Of a stretch of DNA of 64,000 nt, positions 1-9,494 are shown one piece after another (within the stretch, counting starts at the first letter, position 1; each line of letters begins with the position of its first letter). Both the position numbers and the translations under genes were made by a program. The notes beneath the pieces were generated by a model. The model searched no databases. It saw nothing but the letters and a program-made list of their open reading frames with translations, and was not told the origin of the DNA. Source of the DNA: a virus. The stretch lies in IMG/VR virus record IMGVR_UViG_3300046501_000246; one strand, given 5' to 3'.

Positions 1-1
1 G

Positions 2-1405
2 GCTCGACAAGGCGCTGGCGCGGTTTACCTAAACGTTCACCACCCCGACATTTTGGAATTTCTTGACACGAAGCGCGAGAATGCTGATGAGAAGATTCGT
101 ATCAAGACACTTTCCCTCGGGCTAGTCGTACCAGATATTACGTTTGAACTGGCGAAGAAGAATGAAGACATGTTCCTGTTTTCGCCTTATGATGTTGAGC
201 GCGTCTATGGCAAGCCAATGTCTGAAGTCTCTATCACAGAGAATTATTACGACATGGTAGCGAATACTGAGATTCGTAAGAAGTCAATCTCGGCTCGTGA
301 ACTGTTTCAAATCATTGCTAAGATTCAGTTTGAATCTGGTTATCCATATCTGATGTTTGAAGATACTGTCAATAAGTTAAATCCGATTGACGGCGTTATC
401 AACATGTCTAATCTTTGCTCAGAAATCCTACAGGTAAACACTCCTTCTGTTTACGAAGACGATCTCGGATATAAGGTTATTGGTAAAGACATTTCTTGTA
501 ACCTCGGCTCGCTTAACATTTACAACGCGATGAAGTCTGATGATCTTGGCAGGCTCGTTAGAACTTCTATCCTTGCCTTAAACACTGTATCGGAAATGTC
601 GTCCCTAGACAGCGTGCCTTCGATTCGCGAGGGAAATGCTAAGAGCCACGCCATCGGCTTGGGGCAAATGAATCTTCACGGCTATCTCGCCAGTGAAAAA
701 ATTCATTACGGCTCGGAAGAATCTATTGACTTTACGAATATTTACTTTTATACAGTTTTATATCACGCGCTGAAAGCTTCTAACGAACTGGCTAAGCTCC
801 GTGGCAAATCATTCGACGGTTTCGAAAAGAGTGCTTATGCTGATGGTTCATTTTTTGATAAATACATTAATCAAAAATGGGAACCTAAGACAGAACGCGT
901 CAAAGAACTTTTCGGCGGCAAGTTTATCCCGACACAGGGTGATTGGGTCGATCTAGCTCAAGCCATTGTGATTGATGGACTGTATAATCAAAACCTTCAG
1001 GCCGTCCCTCCTACAGGTTCGATCTCGTATATCAATAACGCCACCTCGTCAATTCACCCAATTGTCGAAAAGATCGAAGCTCGTAAAGAAGGCAAGATTG
1101 GTCGCGTCTATTATCCCGCACCTCATCTCACAAACGATAATGCGGAATATTTCGCTGATGCTTACGAAATCGGGCCAGAAAAAATTATCGATATCTACGC
1201 CGCCGCTACTCAGCATGTGGATCAAGGCTTGTCACTGACACTGTTCTTCCCTGACACGGCGACGACCAAAGATATCAACAAGGCTCAAATTTATGCGTGG
1301 AAGAAAGGTATCAAGACAATTTATTATATTAGAATTCGCAAAAAGGCTTTAGAAGCAAAAACAATTCAAGTAACTGAAGACTCTTGCGAAAGCTGTGTAC
1401 TATGA
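2..1405 (+). CDS. nrdE: Ribonucleotide reductase class Ib alpha subunit, 5' partial
   Basis: Frame is open from base 2 ([20 protein letters not shown]); motifs [29 protein letters not shown] and C-terminal CESC. Confidence 0.97.
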   Translation, partial: ARQGAGAVYLNVHHPDILEFLDTKRENADEKIRIKTLSLGLVVPDITFELAKKNEDMFLFSPYDVERVYGKPMSEVSITENYYDMVANTEIRKKSISARELFQIIAKIQFESGYPYLMFEDTVNKLNPIDGVINMSNLCSEILQVNTPSVYEDDLGYKVIGKDISCNLGSLNIYNAMKSDDLGRLVRTSILALNTVSEMSSLDSVPSIREGNAKSHAIGLGQMNLHGYLASEKIHYGSEESIDFTNIYFYTVLYHALKASNELAKLRGKSFDGFEKSAYADGSFFDKYINQKWEPKTERVKELFGGKFIPTQGDWVDLAQAIVIDGLYNQNLQAVPPTGSISYINNATSSIHPIVEKIEARKEGKIGRVYYPAPHLTNDNAEYFADAYEIGPEKIIDIYAAATQHVDQGLSLTLFFPDTATTKDINKAQIYAWKKGIKTIYYIRIRKKALEAKTIQVTEDSCESCVL

Positions 1406-2349
1406 ATTTCTCTGGCGCTATTAATTGGAATAAATTAGAAGATAACACGGATTTGGAAGTCTGGAATCGTATGACTTCCAACTTCTGGCTCCCCGAAAAA
1501 ATCGCAATATCAAACGATATTGTGTCATGGTCCACGATGAGTGAAATAGAACAAGGTACAACGGTGAAAGTCTTTACCGGTCTTACATATCTTGACCACT
1601 TACAAAGTTCAGCCGGTGCCCCTTCTCTCATGGTAGATGCTGTGACGCAGCACGAAGAAGCTAATCTAGCTTTCATTAGTGCTATGGAGGCAATTCATGC
1701 CCGATCTTATTCTTCAGTGTTTGCCACGCTGTGTAGCTCTTCTGAAATCGCAGAAGCGTTTGAATGGGCAAAAAACAATAAGCATCTTCAACAGAAATAT
1801 GAAATAGTAAATAAGTATTATTCTGGCAATGATCCTCTTATGAAGAAAGCGGCTTCGGTATTCCTAGAAAGCTTTATGTTTTACTCAGGTTTTTACTTGC
1901 CTCTTAAACTGTCGGCAAGGAAAAAACTTACTAATACTGCGGATATTATTAAATTAATTATTGCAGACGAAGCGGTACATGGATATTACATTGGATATAA
2001 ATTCCAAGTAGCTGCCCGCAAGCTTTCTCAGCCAGAGCGAGACGAGTTGGAGCAAAAAGTTAAAATCCTTCTCAACTCACTTTACGCCGTAGAAACGGCA
2101 TATGCCTATGAAATTTATAAAGATATAGGTTGGTACGAAGAAGTAATTCCGTTCCTAAATTACAATGCAAACAAAGCTCTGATGAATTTAGGCTATGACG
2201 AAATGTTTGACTTCAGTGAGACTCAAGCCGATCCTTCTGTCATTGCCGCACTAACTTCAGACGATAACCACGACTTCTTCTCAGGCGCAGGTTCAAACTA
2301 CGTCATGGGTAAAGCAGTAGATACAGACGATTCAGATTGGGATTTTTAA
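1402..2349 (+). CDS. nrdF: Ribonucleotide reductase class Ib beta subunit
   Basis: ATGA overlap with nrdE; [44 protein letters not shown], ends DWDF. Confidence 0.96.
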   Translation: MNFSGAINWNKLEDNTDLEVWNRMTSNFWLPEKIAISNDIVSWSTMSEIEQGTTVKVFTGLTYLDHLQSSAGAPSLMVDAVTQHEEANLAFISAMEAIHARSYSSVFATLCSSSEIAEAFEWAKNNKHLQQKYEIVNKYYSGNDPLMKKAASVFLESFMFYSGFYLPLKLSARKKLTNTADIIKLIIADEAVHGYYIGYKFQVAARKLSQPERDELEQKVKILLNSLYAVETAYAYEIYKDIGWYEEVIPFLNYNANKALMNLGYDEMFDFSETQADPSVIAALTSDDNHDFFSGAGSNYVMGKAVDTDDSDWDF

Positions 2350-2350
2350 A

Positions 2351-2596
2351 ATGTTCACAGTTTACAGTAAAGATAATTGCGGATTTTGTGTCAAGGCCTA
2401 CGCCTTGCTGGACCTGAAAGGCGCGGCTTACAGGAAAGAAATTCTCGACACGGAAGAAAAATTGCAAAGTTTTAAAGCTCGCGGCTTCAGGCAAGTTCCT
2501 CAGATTTATTTTAATGATGAATTGATTGGCGGATTCGATAAGCTTGAAGCTTGGTACAAAGAGCGCGGCACGACAGACAGCGCCTTTGATGATTAA
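2351..2596 (+). CDS. nrdH: NrdH-like glutaredoxin
   Basis: CGFC motif, RQVPQI, IGGFD; directly after nrdF. Confidence 0.88.
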   Translation: MFTVYSKDNCGFCVKAYALLDLKGAAYRKEILDTEEKLQSFKARGFRQVPQIYFNDELIGGFDKLEAWYKERGTTDSAFDD

Positions 2597-2628
2597 AAAG
2601 AAACCCCGCAAAAGCGGGGTTTTTCTTT
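2595..2628. terminator. Bidirectional intrinsic terminator
   Basis: AAAAAGAAACCCCGC-AAAA-GCGGGGTTTTTCTTT between convergent genes. Confidence 0.9.
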
Positions 2629-2893
2629 ATCCTCGGAAGCCGTAAGCGGAACTTAGTCCGTATCGGCCTTCTATCGCTTTATTTAAAGCAGTAGCTCCTT
2701 TTGCAATGTCTTGTGCAACAGATTCTTTTATAGATAGCTCAACAGAATTATCGAAGACATTTTCTTTAATTTCTACCGCATCGCTAAAACTACCGATATT
2801 TAGAAATTTAAGAACTACGTCAGAGCCGATTTTTGCAAACTCCTCTGCCGTAATGTCTATTACAATTTCTTCTTTTGTTCGGGTTATAAACAT
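2627..2893 (-). CDS. Small protein homologous to the tape measure C-terminus
   Basis: ATG overlaps the o-spanin stop (TAATG); its C-terminal 25 aa match the TMP C-terminus at 19/25 positions. Confidence 0.75.
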   Translation of the reverse strand: MFITRTKEEIVIDITAEEFAKIGSDVVLKFLNIGSFSDAVEIKENVFDNSVELSIKESVAQDIAKGATALNKAIEGRYGLSSAYGFRG

Positions 2894-3198
2894 TACTTCT
2901 GGCCCCACTCTTCTTTGAGCTTGAGCGCGTTTTCGTTCTGCTTATCGATCAGGTTGACGATCTCTTTGAGCTTGAGTTTGCAGTCACGTCGGGCCGCGTT
3001 TAATTTAATAATAAATTCAGCTACTTCACGCTCTGTGTAAACTCCCGAAGGCCTCGTGGGGAGGCCAGCACAGGTACGAAGTGCGGCAGGGATTTCAACC
3101 GTATAAATTAAAGGTCCGTATTTAGTCGTCGCCGCGCAGCCCGCTAATGCCACGCTGCAAGAGAGGAGACACAGCCCCATTATCGCTTTCAGGTTCAT
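2893..3198 (-). CDS. o-spanin (Rz1-like lipoprotein)
   Basis: Signal peptide with lipobox LAGC; Pro-rich; overlaps the i-spanin 3' end. Confidence 0.8.
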   Translation of the reverse strand: MNLKAIMGLCLLSCSVALAGCAATTKYGPLIYTVEIPAALRTCAGLPTRPSGVYTEREVAEFIIKLNAARRDCKLKLKEIVNLIDKQNENALKLKEEWGQK

Positions 3199-3457
3199 TT
3201 CTTAAATTCTCCAAGTCTTGTTCTAATTGTTTTGTTGCTTCGTTCTGTTGTGTCAGTAAGTTTTCTAGAGAAGTCTGAGCCGCTTTAGAATTATCAGCTT
3301 CTAATTTTTTAGATTGGAACGCAGCTTTCGCATTGTCCCTTTCGATACTGACTTGTAGAACTTCATTTTTTAAATGTTGGTTCGCGGCATAGAGCGAACT
3401 GAGCGCTCCAAATGCCAAGAGACCAATGATCAGATATGCGCCAATTTGATTAAACAT
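3122..3457 (-). CDS. i-spanin (Rz-like)
   Basis: N-terminal TM followed by coiled coil; downstream of the endolysin. Confidence 0.8.
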   Translation of the reverse strand: MFNQIGAYLIIGLLAFGALSSLYAANQHLKNEVLQVSIERDNAKAAFQSKKLEADNSKAAQTSLENLLTQQNEATKQLEQDLENLRNEPESDNGAVSPLLQRGISGLRGDD

Positions 3458-4534
3458 TTATTTATCCTCAAACGCTTTTTTATAGTTTGTGTAAGCCTTG
3501 ATGATTTTATCTTGGGCCAGAATGCCTAGGACAGCTAGAACGATAAGGCTCAAGAAGATGGCAACAAGAATTCGCCAGTCCTGAAACCAAGCGAGTCCAC
3601 CCGCGAACGGGATAGATGAGAACCAATAACCGAAGCGGCTGAAGAAACCGGCTTGAATAGCTGGTGGTTGGCCAAGAACTGCACTTGGGTCTTGCCCCTG
3701 TTCCTCGACAACTTCAGCAAGCTTTTGTTTTGTCAATGCTCCAACTTCGCCATCTGGCACGAGGCCATTAGCTTCTTGGAACTGCATCACGACTTCTTGA
3801 GTGTGGCCACCGAAATCACCATCAGCATCAACATCATATCCAGCGGTTTGTAGCGCGCTCTGCACCGCTTCAACATCTGCACCCTTTGTGCCAATATCAA
3901 CAGTTGGATTGCTATAAGAAACAGGTGTGAACTTAGAGCTATTGAGTTTGGCTTGCCACTTGCGATCCGCATTTAAAAGCTTGATATGATAGTTGTTAGC
4001 TTTGTACGCTTTGCCATTATAACCAGCGGCAAAAACTTCCCACTTACCATTTTTAAGAGCTTCAAAAATACCTTTGGCTTGAGCAAATTTCACGATGCCT
4101 TCAAGCTGATTTGCTTCGCTCAATGCAAGCCACTGAACCATGGAAAGCGCGGTTGGGAAACCGAGCATGCCGTGGTTAAAGCCCATGCACTGGCCCATGC
4201 CAAACGAAGTTGACATTGCGGCGATCTCTTCGCCCGCGATAGAGGCGCAAAGATCGATCCTGTCATAAGAAGTTTTAGGATAATTTCTTACCCAATCCTT
4301 ATAAGCAATACCGGCCTTAACGAGCTTGTCTCTTACCACACCCTTGGTGTATTTATAAGCGATATGCGGCTCGTACAGAGCGATTAGGCGGTTCAGGCTG
4401 TCGTAACCCGTTCCGCGTGCTTCTACTTCTGCAACGGCTCTCAGGCGCGATTCTGCGATGTTGTATTTCTTTGCTAGAGCGGCAAAATCAGCAGCGCTAA
4501 TTTTTCTGCCCGTTCCGTAATAAAATCTTGTCAT
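3458..4534 (-). CDS. Endolysin: DUF3380-type N-acetylmuramidase + PG-binding domain + C-terminal TM
   Basis: AVAEVEARG, LYEPH, SFGMGQCMGFNH, FAAGYNG; PG_binding_1-like DGDFGGHT...NGLVPDGEVG; hydrophobic C-terminus. Confidence 0.88.
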   Translation of the reverse strand: MTRFYYGTGRKISAADFAALAKKYNIAESRLRAVAEVEARGTGYDSLNRLIALYEPHIAYKYTKGVVRDKLVKAGIAYKDWVRNYPKTSYDRIDLCASIAGEEIAAMSTSFGMGQCMGFNHGMLGFPTALSMVQWLALSEANQLEGIVKFAQAKGIFEALKNGKWEVFAAGYNGKAYKANNYHIKLLNADRKWQAKLNSSKFTPVSYSNPTVDIGTKGADVEAVQSALQTAGYDVDADGDFGGHTQEVVMQFQEANGLVPDGEVGALTKQKLAEVVEEQGQDPSAVLGQPPAIQAGFFSRFGYWFSSIPFAGGLAWFQDWRILVAIFLSLIVLAVLGILAQDKIIKAYTNYKKAFEDK

Positions 4535-7500
4535 TATGCTGCTGTCCTACTAAATTGTGTCGAATAAAGATAACCATTGCCACCAGCATAGCTATCGATG
4601 GTACTAACTCTGTAATAATAAGTCGTACCTGAAGCCAAACCAGTAATTGAGCAACCTAGGGCGTTTGCATCGAATACTCTGTTTGACGTGGCTGGCGCAA
4701 ATCCATTTACAGTGCTCATGAATACTTGATATTTAGTGATATCCGATCCAGATACGGCGCTCCATGTAATATCAATTCTTCCAGCTGACGGACTGGTTGA
4801 AGAGATAGTTGTTGGCGCAGCTGGTGCGTTATCCGCTATATTCAACGTAGTCTCAGGGCCGGTCAAACTTGCATTTTCAGCGCTAACTCTTACTGAGAAA
4901 GAGCGCCAAGGACCGCCATCTGCTATCAGTTGTGAGTTACTGTAGAAGTATGAGTTAGTTGTAACAGTCGTGTTCTTTACTTGCGTGCCAACGTTATTAA
5001 AAATCTTAACTCTATATAACGCGGCGTTTGCTACGGAATTCCACTGGATGTTAGATTCCACACCAGTATATGGATTGGTAAGAGATAAGCCCGTTACCGC
5101 ACCAAGTGTAATGCCTAGGATTTGATCTACAACTGGCGCAGATTCACCATAATCATTAATGGAATAAACATTAACCTGAATTCGTGACCAAGGTCCTCCT
5201 ACCGCTGTTACTTCTGAAGAAGTCCAAGCAAGGAATGGAGAACTTACCGTCTTTGTAAGTTTAACTGTATTGAACGTTCCACTTCCGGGAGAGCTTTCAA
5301 TTAATACTGTACCTCTATATGACGTGGCGCGAGGGGCAGCATTAAATGTAGCCTGAATCGTTCCAGCATTCACGTCTGCTGCGGCGTCAAGATTGCTAAC
5401 AAGACCCGGAAGTAGCGAAGGTGTTCCGAAGTTTTGAGGATTAGGATCGATATACTTCCATGGCCCGATAATAGTATTAACAGCTGCTACTCTTACATAA
5501 ATGTCACCAGCGTTGGCAGTAATTTGGAAATTAGTTCTGGTGCCACTATAAACAGTAATCCAGTTAATACCGTCGTAAGAAATTTGAAGAATATAACTTA
5601 CAGCCCCAATAGCACCGGACCAAATAGCGTTTATCAATACCGGATCACTACCACTCAATGGGTCCTGTGAAATGTGCAAGCTGTCCACTACTGGACCGTC
5701 TGCAATAACGCCGGGACCATAATAGCTAACACCGGGAGGTGGTGTGCCAGCATCAGCGGCATAAACTCTAGGATCGTCAATGACTAGGTCTAGATCTACT
5801 TTGTCAACGCCGCGCATCGTGGAACCGACAACTATAAATCTTTTCTTGTATTCTGTTGTCGAGCCTAGAACGAAGGCAGTGTCTTTGGCTTCTCCGTCAA
5901 GAGAGAGGACTTCTTCGATTTCCATGCCCTGCGAAAGTTCGAGAGCCTGTAATGAACCAGATTCTAAAGACACTTCGTTGGCAAATTCCGTGGCTGTAAC
6001 TTGAATAGGGCCAAACTCTTTGCCATCACGTCTTCTTAAGGAGATGTAGTTAGTTTGTGAACTACTTAAGCTTACGTTTCTATCGAAAATTAGAATCTTA
6101 TCGGTTGGCAAATAATCCACTACCAGACCATTCTGCGACCATCCCGGAACGTCATGGCTGACAATGACTGGATCGCCTTTAAGCAAGAGTCTTCCATCAG
6201 CTTCCGTTGATACCGAAGCAAAAATTCTTCTGTAGGAGTTAGAGGCGGCACGATACATGCCCTCACGCCAAGCCTGAGACCTATCTGTAATTCCAAAAAT
6301 TTGAATTCTAGCAGGCTTTGTTGACGCAGAACCCGGCAATGTGCATTGAACTTCCGAATTCTCCCATGTCGTGCTATCCATAAACTCGACAATTACGTCA
6401 TCTGCACTATCTTCGCCCTTTGCAATATGGGTCGATTTGAAAGTGTTTTTCAAAATTGACTGAGGTGTGATAACTGTGCGGGCCAAAGATCGTTGCTGAT
6501 CTCTAACAAACGTTACCATGCCAGCAACTAGGATAGGCTGAGTTCTAACAACAGAGAGAACGGAAGTCAGAGCATCCCATAGAGTTTTCGACGTGTCGAA
6601 AATCCCATTGAATGCATCGCCTCTAGCAGTGTAGACAGCCGCCAAATCTCTCAATTTCTCCAAATCAATACGGCTATCAGGAATTGCGGCTCCATAAACA
6701 GTGTTTCGAAGAATATCAGTAGCAACCCAAGCCGGATTGTCGCAAGGAGCGTTACCAGACCAAGCACCATCCCAAACAGGAATTTTACTTACTTGAACAA
6801 CATTAACTTGGGTAGAGCTTTGATTCGTCAGCTGATTCGAAGCTCTGATTTTAATTGCAAGTAATGTAATATCTTGATAGATATTGTCATCTGGAATGAA
6901 CGCACGAAGCGCTTGCCAAACAATATCATTGCCATAACGGGCATCTGTTTGCTTCGTGCTAGTTCTTCTGACCTGTACCTCATATCTACCAAGGCTGACA
7001 TAAATATCGCGGGTATAGCGGCGCTGAGTTGAATCGGCTAGAGTAAACGTCTCATTTAATACAGTGACAAACCCGCCTAACGGATCGCCTAAATTATCAA
7101 TAGCCCTAACTTGAACCGTGTAGCTTACTGACGCATTGCTTAGACCACCAGAATCGTTGGCGTAATACAATCCACGAGGTAGAACGATATCTATCTGAAG
7201 GTGGTCCGTAGCTTGGTTATTAGGGTTAGCCACATAAGGACCGACCCAATCAGAAGTGTTTACCATTTCCTGTCCATTTACTTCTGACGAAGTATTGACA
7301 TTAGATGGGAACAGAGTTATACGTCCACCGGGAGGAATGATCTCAATCTGGACATTCGAGAACGTGTCACTATAGCCAGAAACGTTATTCCACAGTTCTG
7401 TTTCGCCAATGTTGATTTTTTCAACTACATATTCCCCAACCCCTAGGCAGAGCAATTCATACAGATATTGATCGTTATTTTCGAAATTCTGGTAAGGCTG

Positions 7501-8025
7501 TGACGCAAAGTCTGGATATATGATATGCCTGCCATAAAGCCTAGGGATAGGCTCTAGGAGGCGCGCTCTGTTCCCTTGAGCCTCCAAGTTATACGTAGGG
7601 CTGGCCGCTTCAGTCGTTTGCTGAGCCTTGCTCTTTTGAGCGTTAGGACCAAGAAAAGCGTTAATTAAGAAAGTGCCGCCAATGACAATAGCAGCTGAAA
7701 CAAGCGCAAAGCCAATCGTACCCGCAGCGAATCCTAAAACTGTAGCGATAGGACCAGCGAGAATGCCTAAAGCAATAACGGCAATTGTTCTTAGAATATT
7801 TTTAAATGTTTGGCCGCGAGGTACGATGATGAACCTGATCTCATCCTCTTTCATGCCGACGACGTTACCCCAATCCTTTCGGAAAACAGGTTCACCATTT
7901 CTAACACAAATTACAGGTTCATTTTTATAAGGCACACCTAGTTTGTTCGCGATATCGTAATAGGTATCGGAGCAAACATAGTTGTCTATTTTTAATTTTG
8001 AAAATGGTGTACTATATTCAATCAT
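4534..8025 (-). CDS. Tail tip / central fibre protein (lambda J-like) with FN3-type C-terminal domains
   Basis: 1163 aa; PIPRLYGRH, NPAW, FNGIFD motifs; after NlpC gene; FN3-like repeats. Confidence 0.88.
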   Translation of the reverse strand: MIEYSTPFSKLKIDNYVCSDTYYDIANKLGVPYKNEPVICVRNGEPVFRKDWGNVVGMKEDEIRFIIVPRGQTFKNILRTIAVIALGILAGPIATVLGFAAGTIGFALVSAAIVIGGTFLINAFLGPNAQKSKAQQTTEAASPTYNLEAQGNRARLLEPIPRLYGRHIIYPDFASQPYQNFENNDQYLYELLCLGVGEYVVEKINIGETELWNNVSGYSDTFSNVQIEIIPPGGRITLFPSNVNTSSEVNGQEMVNTSDWVGPYVANPNNQATDHLQIDIVLPRGLYYANDSGGLSNASVSYTVQVRAIDNLGDPLGGFVTVLNETFTLADSTQRRYTRDIYVSLGRYEVQVRRTSTKQTDARYGNDIVWQALRAFIPDDNIYQDITLLAIKIRASNQLTNQSSTQVNVVQVSKIPVWDGAWSGNAPCDNPAWVATDILRNTVYGAAIPDSRIDLEKLRDLAAVYTARGDAFNGIFDTSKTLWDALTSVLSVVRTQPILVAGMVTFVRDQQRSLARTVITPQSILKNTFKSTHIAKGEDSADDVIVEFMDSTTWENSEVQCTLPGSASTKPARIQIFGITDRSQAWREGMYRAASNSYRRIFASVSTEADGRLLLKGDPVIVSHDVPGWSQNGLVVDYLPTDKILIFDRNVSLSSSQTNYISLRRRDGKEFGPIQVTATEFANEVSLESGSLQALELSQGMEIEEVLSLDGEAKDTAFVLGSTTEYKKRFIVVGSTMRGVDKVDLDLVIDDPRVYAADAGTPPPGVSYYGPGVIADGPVVDSLHISQDPLSGSDPVLINAIWSGAIGAVSYILQISYDGINWITVYSGTRTNFQITANAGDIYVRVAAVNTIIGPWKYIDPNPQNFGTPSLLPGLVSNLDAAADVNAGTIQATFNAAPRATSYRGTVLIESSPGSGTFNTVKLTKTVSSPFLAWTSSEVTAVGGPWSRIQVNVYSINDYGESAPVVDQILGITLGAVTGLSLTNPYTGVESNIQWNSVANAALYRVKIFNNVGTQVKNTTVTTNSYFYSNSQLIADGGPWRSFSVRVSAENASLTGPETTLNIADNAPAAPTTISSTSPSAGRIDITWSAVSGSDITKYQVFMSTVNGFAPATSNRVFDANALGCSITGLASGTTYYYRVSTIDSYAGGNGYLYSTQFSRTAA

Positions 8026-8434
8026 TTTTATACTTATAAAAGTTAAATCTGCGCCAGCCAGAAGCTTTTAAAATAACCAGTGGGTCAAAGGTTACGCCAG
8101 CAACTGAGCAATGGAGAATACCACCGCCATCAATATCGAGATAAACTCCGACGTGATTGGGGTGGTAGGAATTAGAAAGTTCAACAACGCCACCGTGAAC
8201 CGGCTCGTCAACTTTAGTCCAATTTTGATGTTCTGGATGTGATTTAATAAATTTTATTAAATCTCGAACTTTATCCGAAGGTGGTTCGATGATCTGAAGT
8301 TCGCGGCCAAAAGCCTCGTTCTGAACATAGCGGACCAATCCCCAACAATCGAATGTCTCTGGACCCATTGCACCAGATTCATATTTCGTGCCTAATACGG
8401 CATATACTAAATCAATTAATTCTTTTTCATCCAT
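8018..8434 (-). CDS. NlpC/P60 tail assembly protein (K-like)
   Basis: FDCWGLV catalytic Cys and HVGVY His; position in the tail tip module. Confidence 0.85.
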   Translation of the reverse strand: MDEKELIDLVYAVLGTKYESGAMGPETFDCWGLVRYVQNEAFGRELQIIEPPSDKVRDLIKFIKSHPEHQNWTKVDEPVHGGVVELSNSYHPNHVGVYLDIDGGGILHCSVAGVTFDPLVILKASGWRRFNFYKYKND

Positions 8435-9009
8435 TAAATCAATCCTCGGAATTCTTCGGGTCTATATAGTTTTCCGGGGAAATTTCTGTTGATTAGATCA
8501 GCAAAACTAGCAGTGGCTGTGACGCGAGTTACTGTAGAATCAATAGATTGGATCGACATACCATTTAGGATAAATTGCGGGACTTCCAAATCGTTTATTA
8601 TATATTCTCTATATGTAATTTCAATGTTGGAATCTAATTCAACAACTGAGTCCAGATACTTGCCTACTTCTTTGGTGACGTTATCTATAATAATTTCAAT
8701 TGTTGGTAAGCTGCCTTCTTGCTGCGAGGGCAATTCAAAGTCAAACATGCAAGATACAAATTTAACAGTTTGTCCAGCATTCGCCGGGGCATCGCCTTCT
8801 AATGTTAGCTCATATCCATAAATATCTGGATCGCCTTCTTCAAGAAGAACACCAAAATCTCTTACCAATCTAATCGGAGAAAGATTTCCTTGAGTGTCCA
8901 CAAAAGATGGATGACGAAGTTCCAAGGTATATAAAATAATTACGTCGCTCGGCGCTGAAGCGTAAGCTTCTTGGAGCGCCAAGCTCCAAATTTCATCGGA
9001 TGTAGTCAT
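8434..9009 (-). CDS. Minor tail protein (DUF1833/L-like)
   Basis: ALQEAYASAP, TLELRHP, FPGKLYRPEEFRGL; synteny. Confidence 0.75.
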   Translation of the reverse strand: MTTSDEIWSLALQEAYASAPSDVIILYTLELRHPSFVDTQGNLSPIRLVRDFGVLLEEGDPDIYGYELTLEGDAPANAGQTVKFVSCMFDFELPSQQEGSLPTIEIIIDNVTKEVGKYLDSVVELDSNIEITYREYIINDLEVPQFILNGMSIQSIDSTVTRVTATASFADLINRNFPGKLYRPEEFRGLI

Positions 9010-9491
9010 TAATCGTAATCAACCATAATTGCCGGATAAGTTTCATTTACTATAACTTGAAGTTGGTCAGATAAACTTATAGCGAAGTTAGTTCCGTACA
9101 AACTAATCAAATATGTGGCAAACGCGTCGTAGTAGAAATAATCTCTTACATCTAGTTTAATCGTTACGGTGTACTGATTCCACCCTTCGTCTTTAACTTG
9201 ATATTTTTCTGCGAAACGAGCTTTCTTTGGATTATAACTCAATCCTTCCCAAACGGGGAAGTTAAACCAACGGCTTCCTTGATTTAAAGAATTAAAATAA
9301 AAACTTCTAAATACAAGAAATTCGTCATTCGTTAGAGTGAGCGTTCCATTATAAAGCAAAGGAGGGTTATTAAATCTAACCCTGACCAATTGCGGGCCGT
9401 CATCAAAATCAGTTCTAGAGGGCTCTCTCTCTTCAAGAGAGAACGATCCTCTATCTAATAAATAATTAAGATTTGGTGGCCACTGTTCCAT
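9009..9491 (-). CDS. Distal tail / minor tail protein (M-like)
   Basis: Immediately after TMP; RTDFDDGPQLVR and LNQGSRWFNFP patterns. Confidence 0.7.
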   Translation of the reverse strand: MEQWPPNLNYLLDRGSFSLEEREPSRTDFDDGPQLVRVRFNNPPLLYNGTLTLTNDEFLVFRSFYFNSLNQGSRWFNFPVWEGLSYNPKKARFAEKYQVKDEGWNQYTVTIKLDVRDYFYYDAFATYLISLYGTNFAISLSDQLQVIVNETYPAIMVDYD

Positions 9492-9494
9492 AAA

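Noticed and set aside
1-2349. Intron or intein in nrdE/nrdF
   Set aside because: Both frames are continuous and of normal length within the window.
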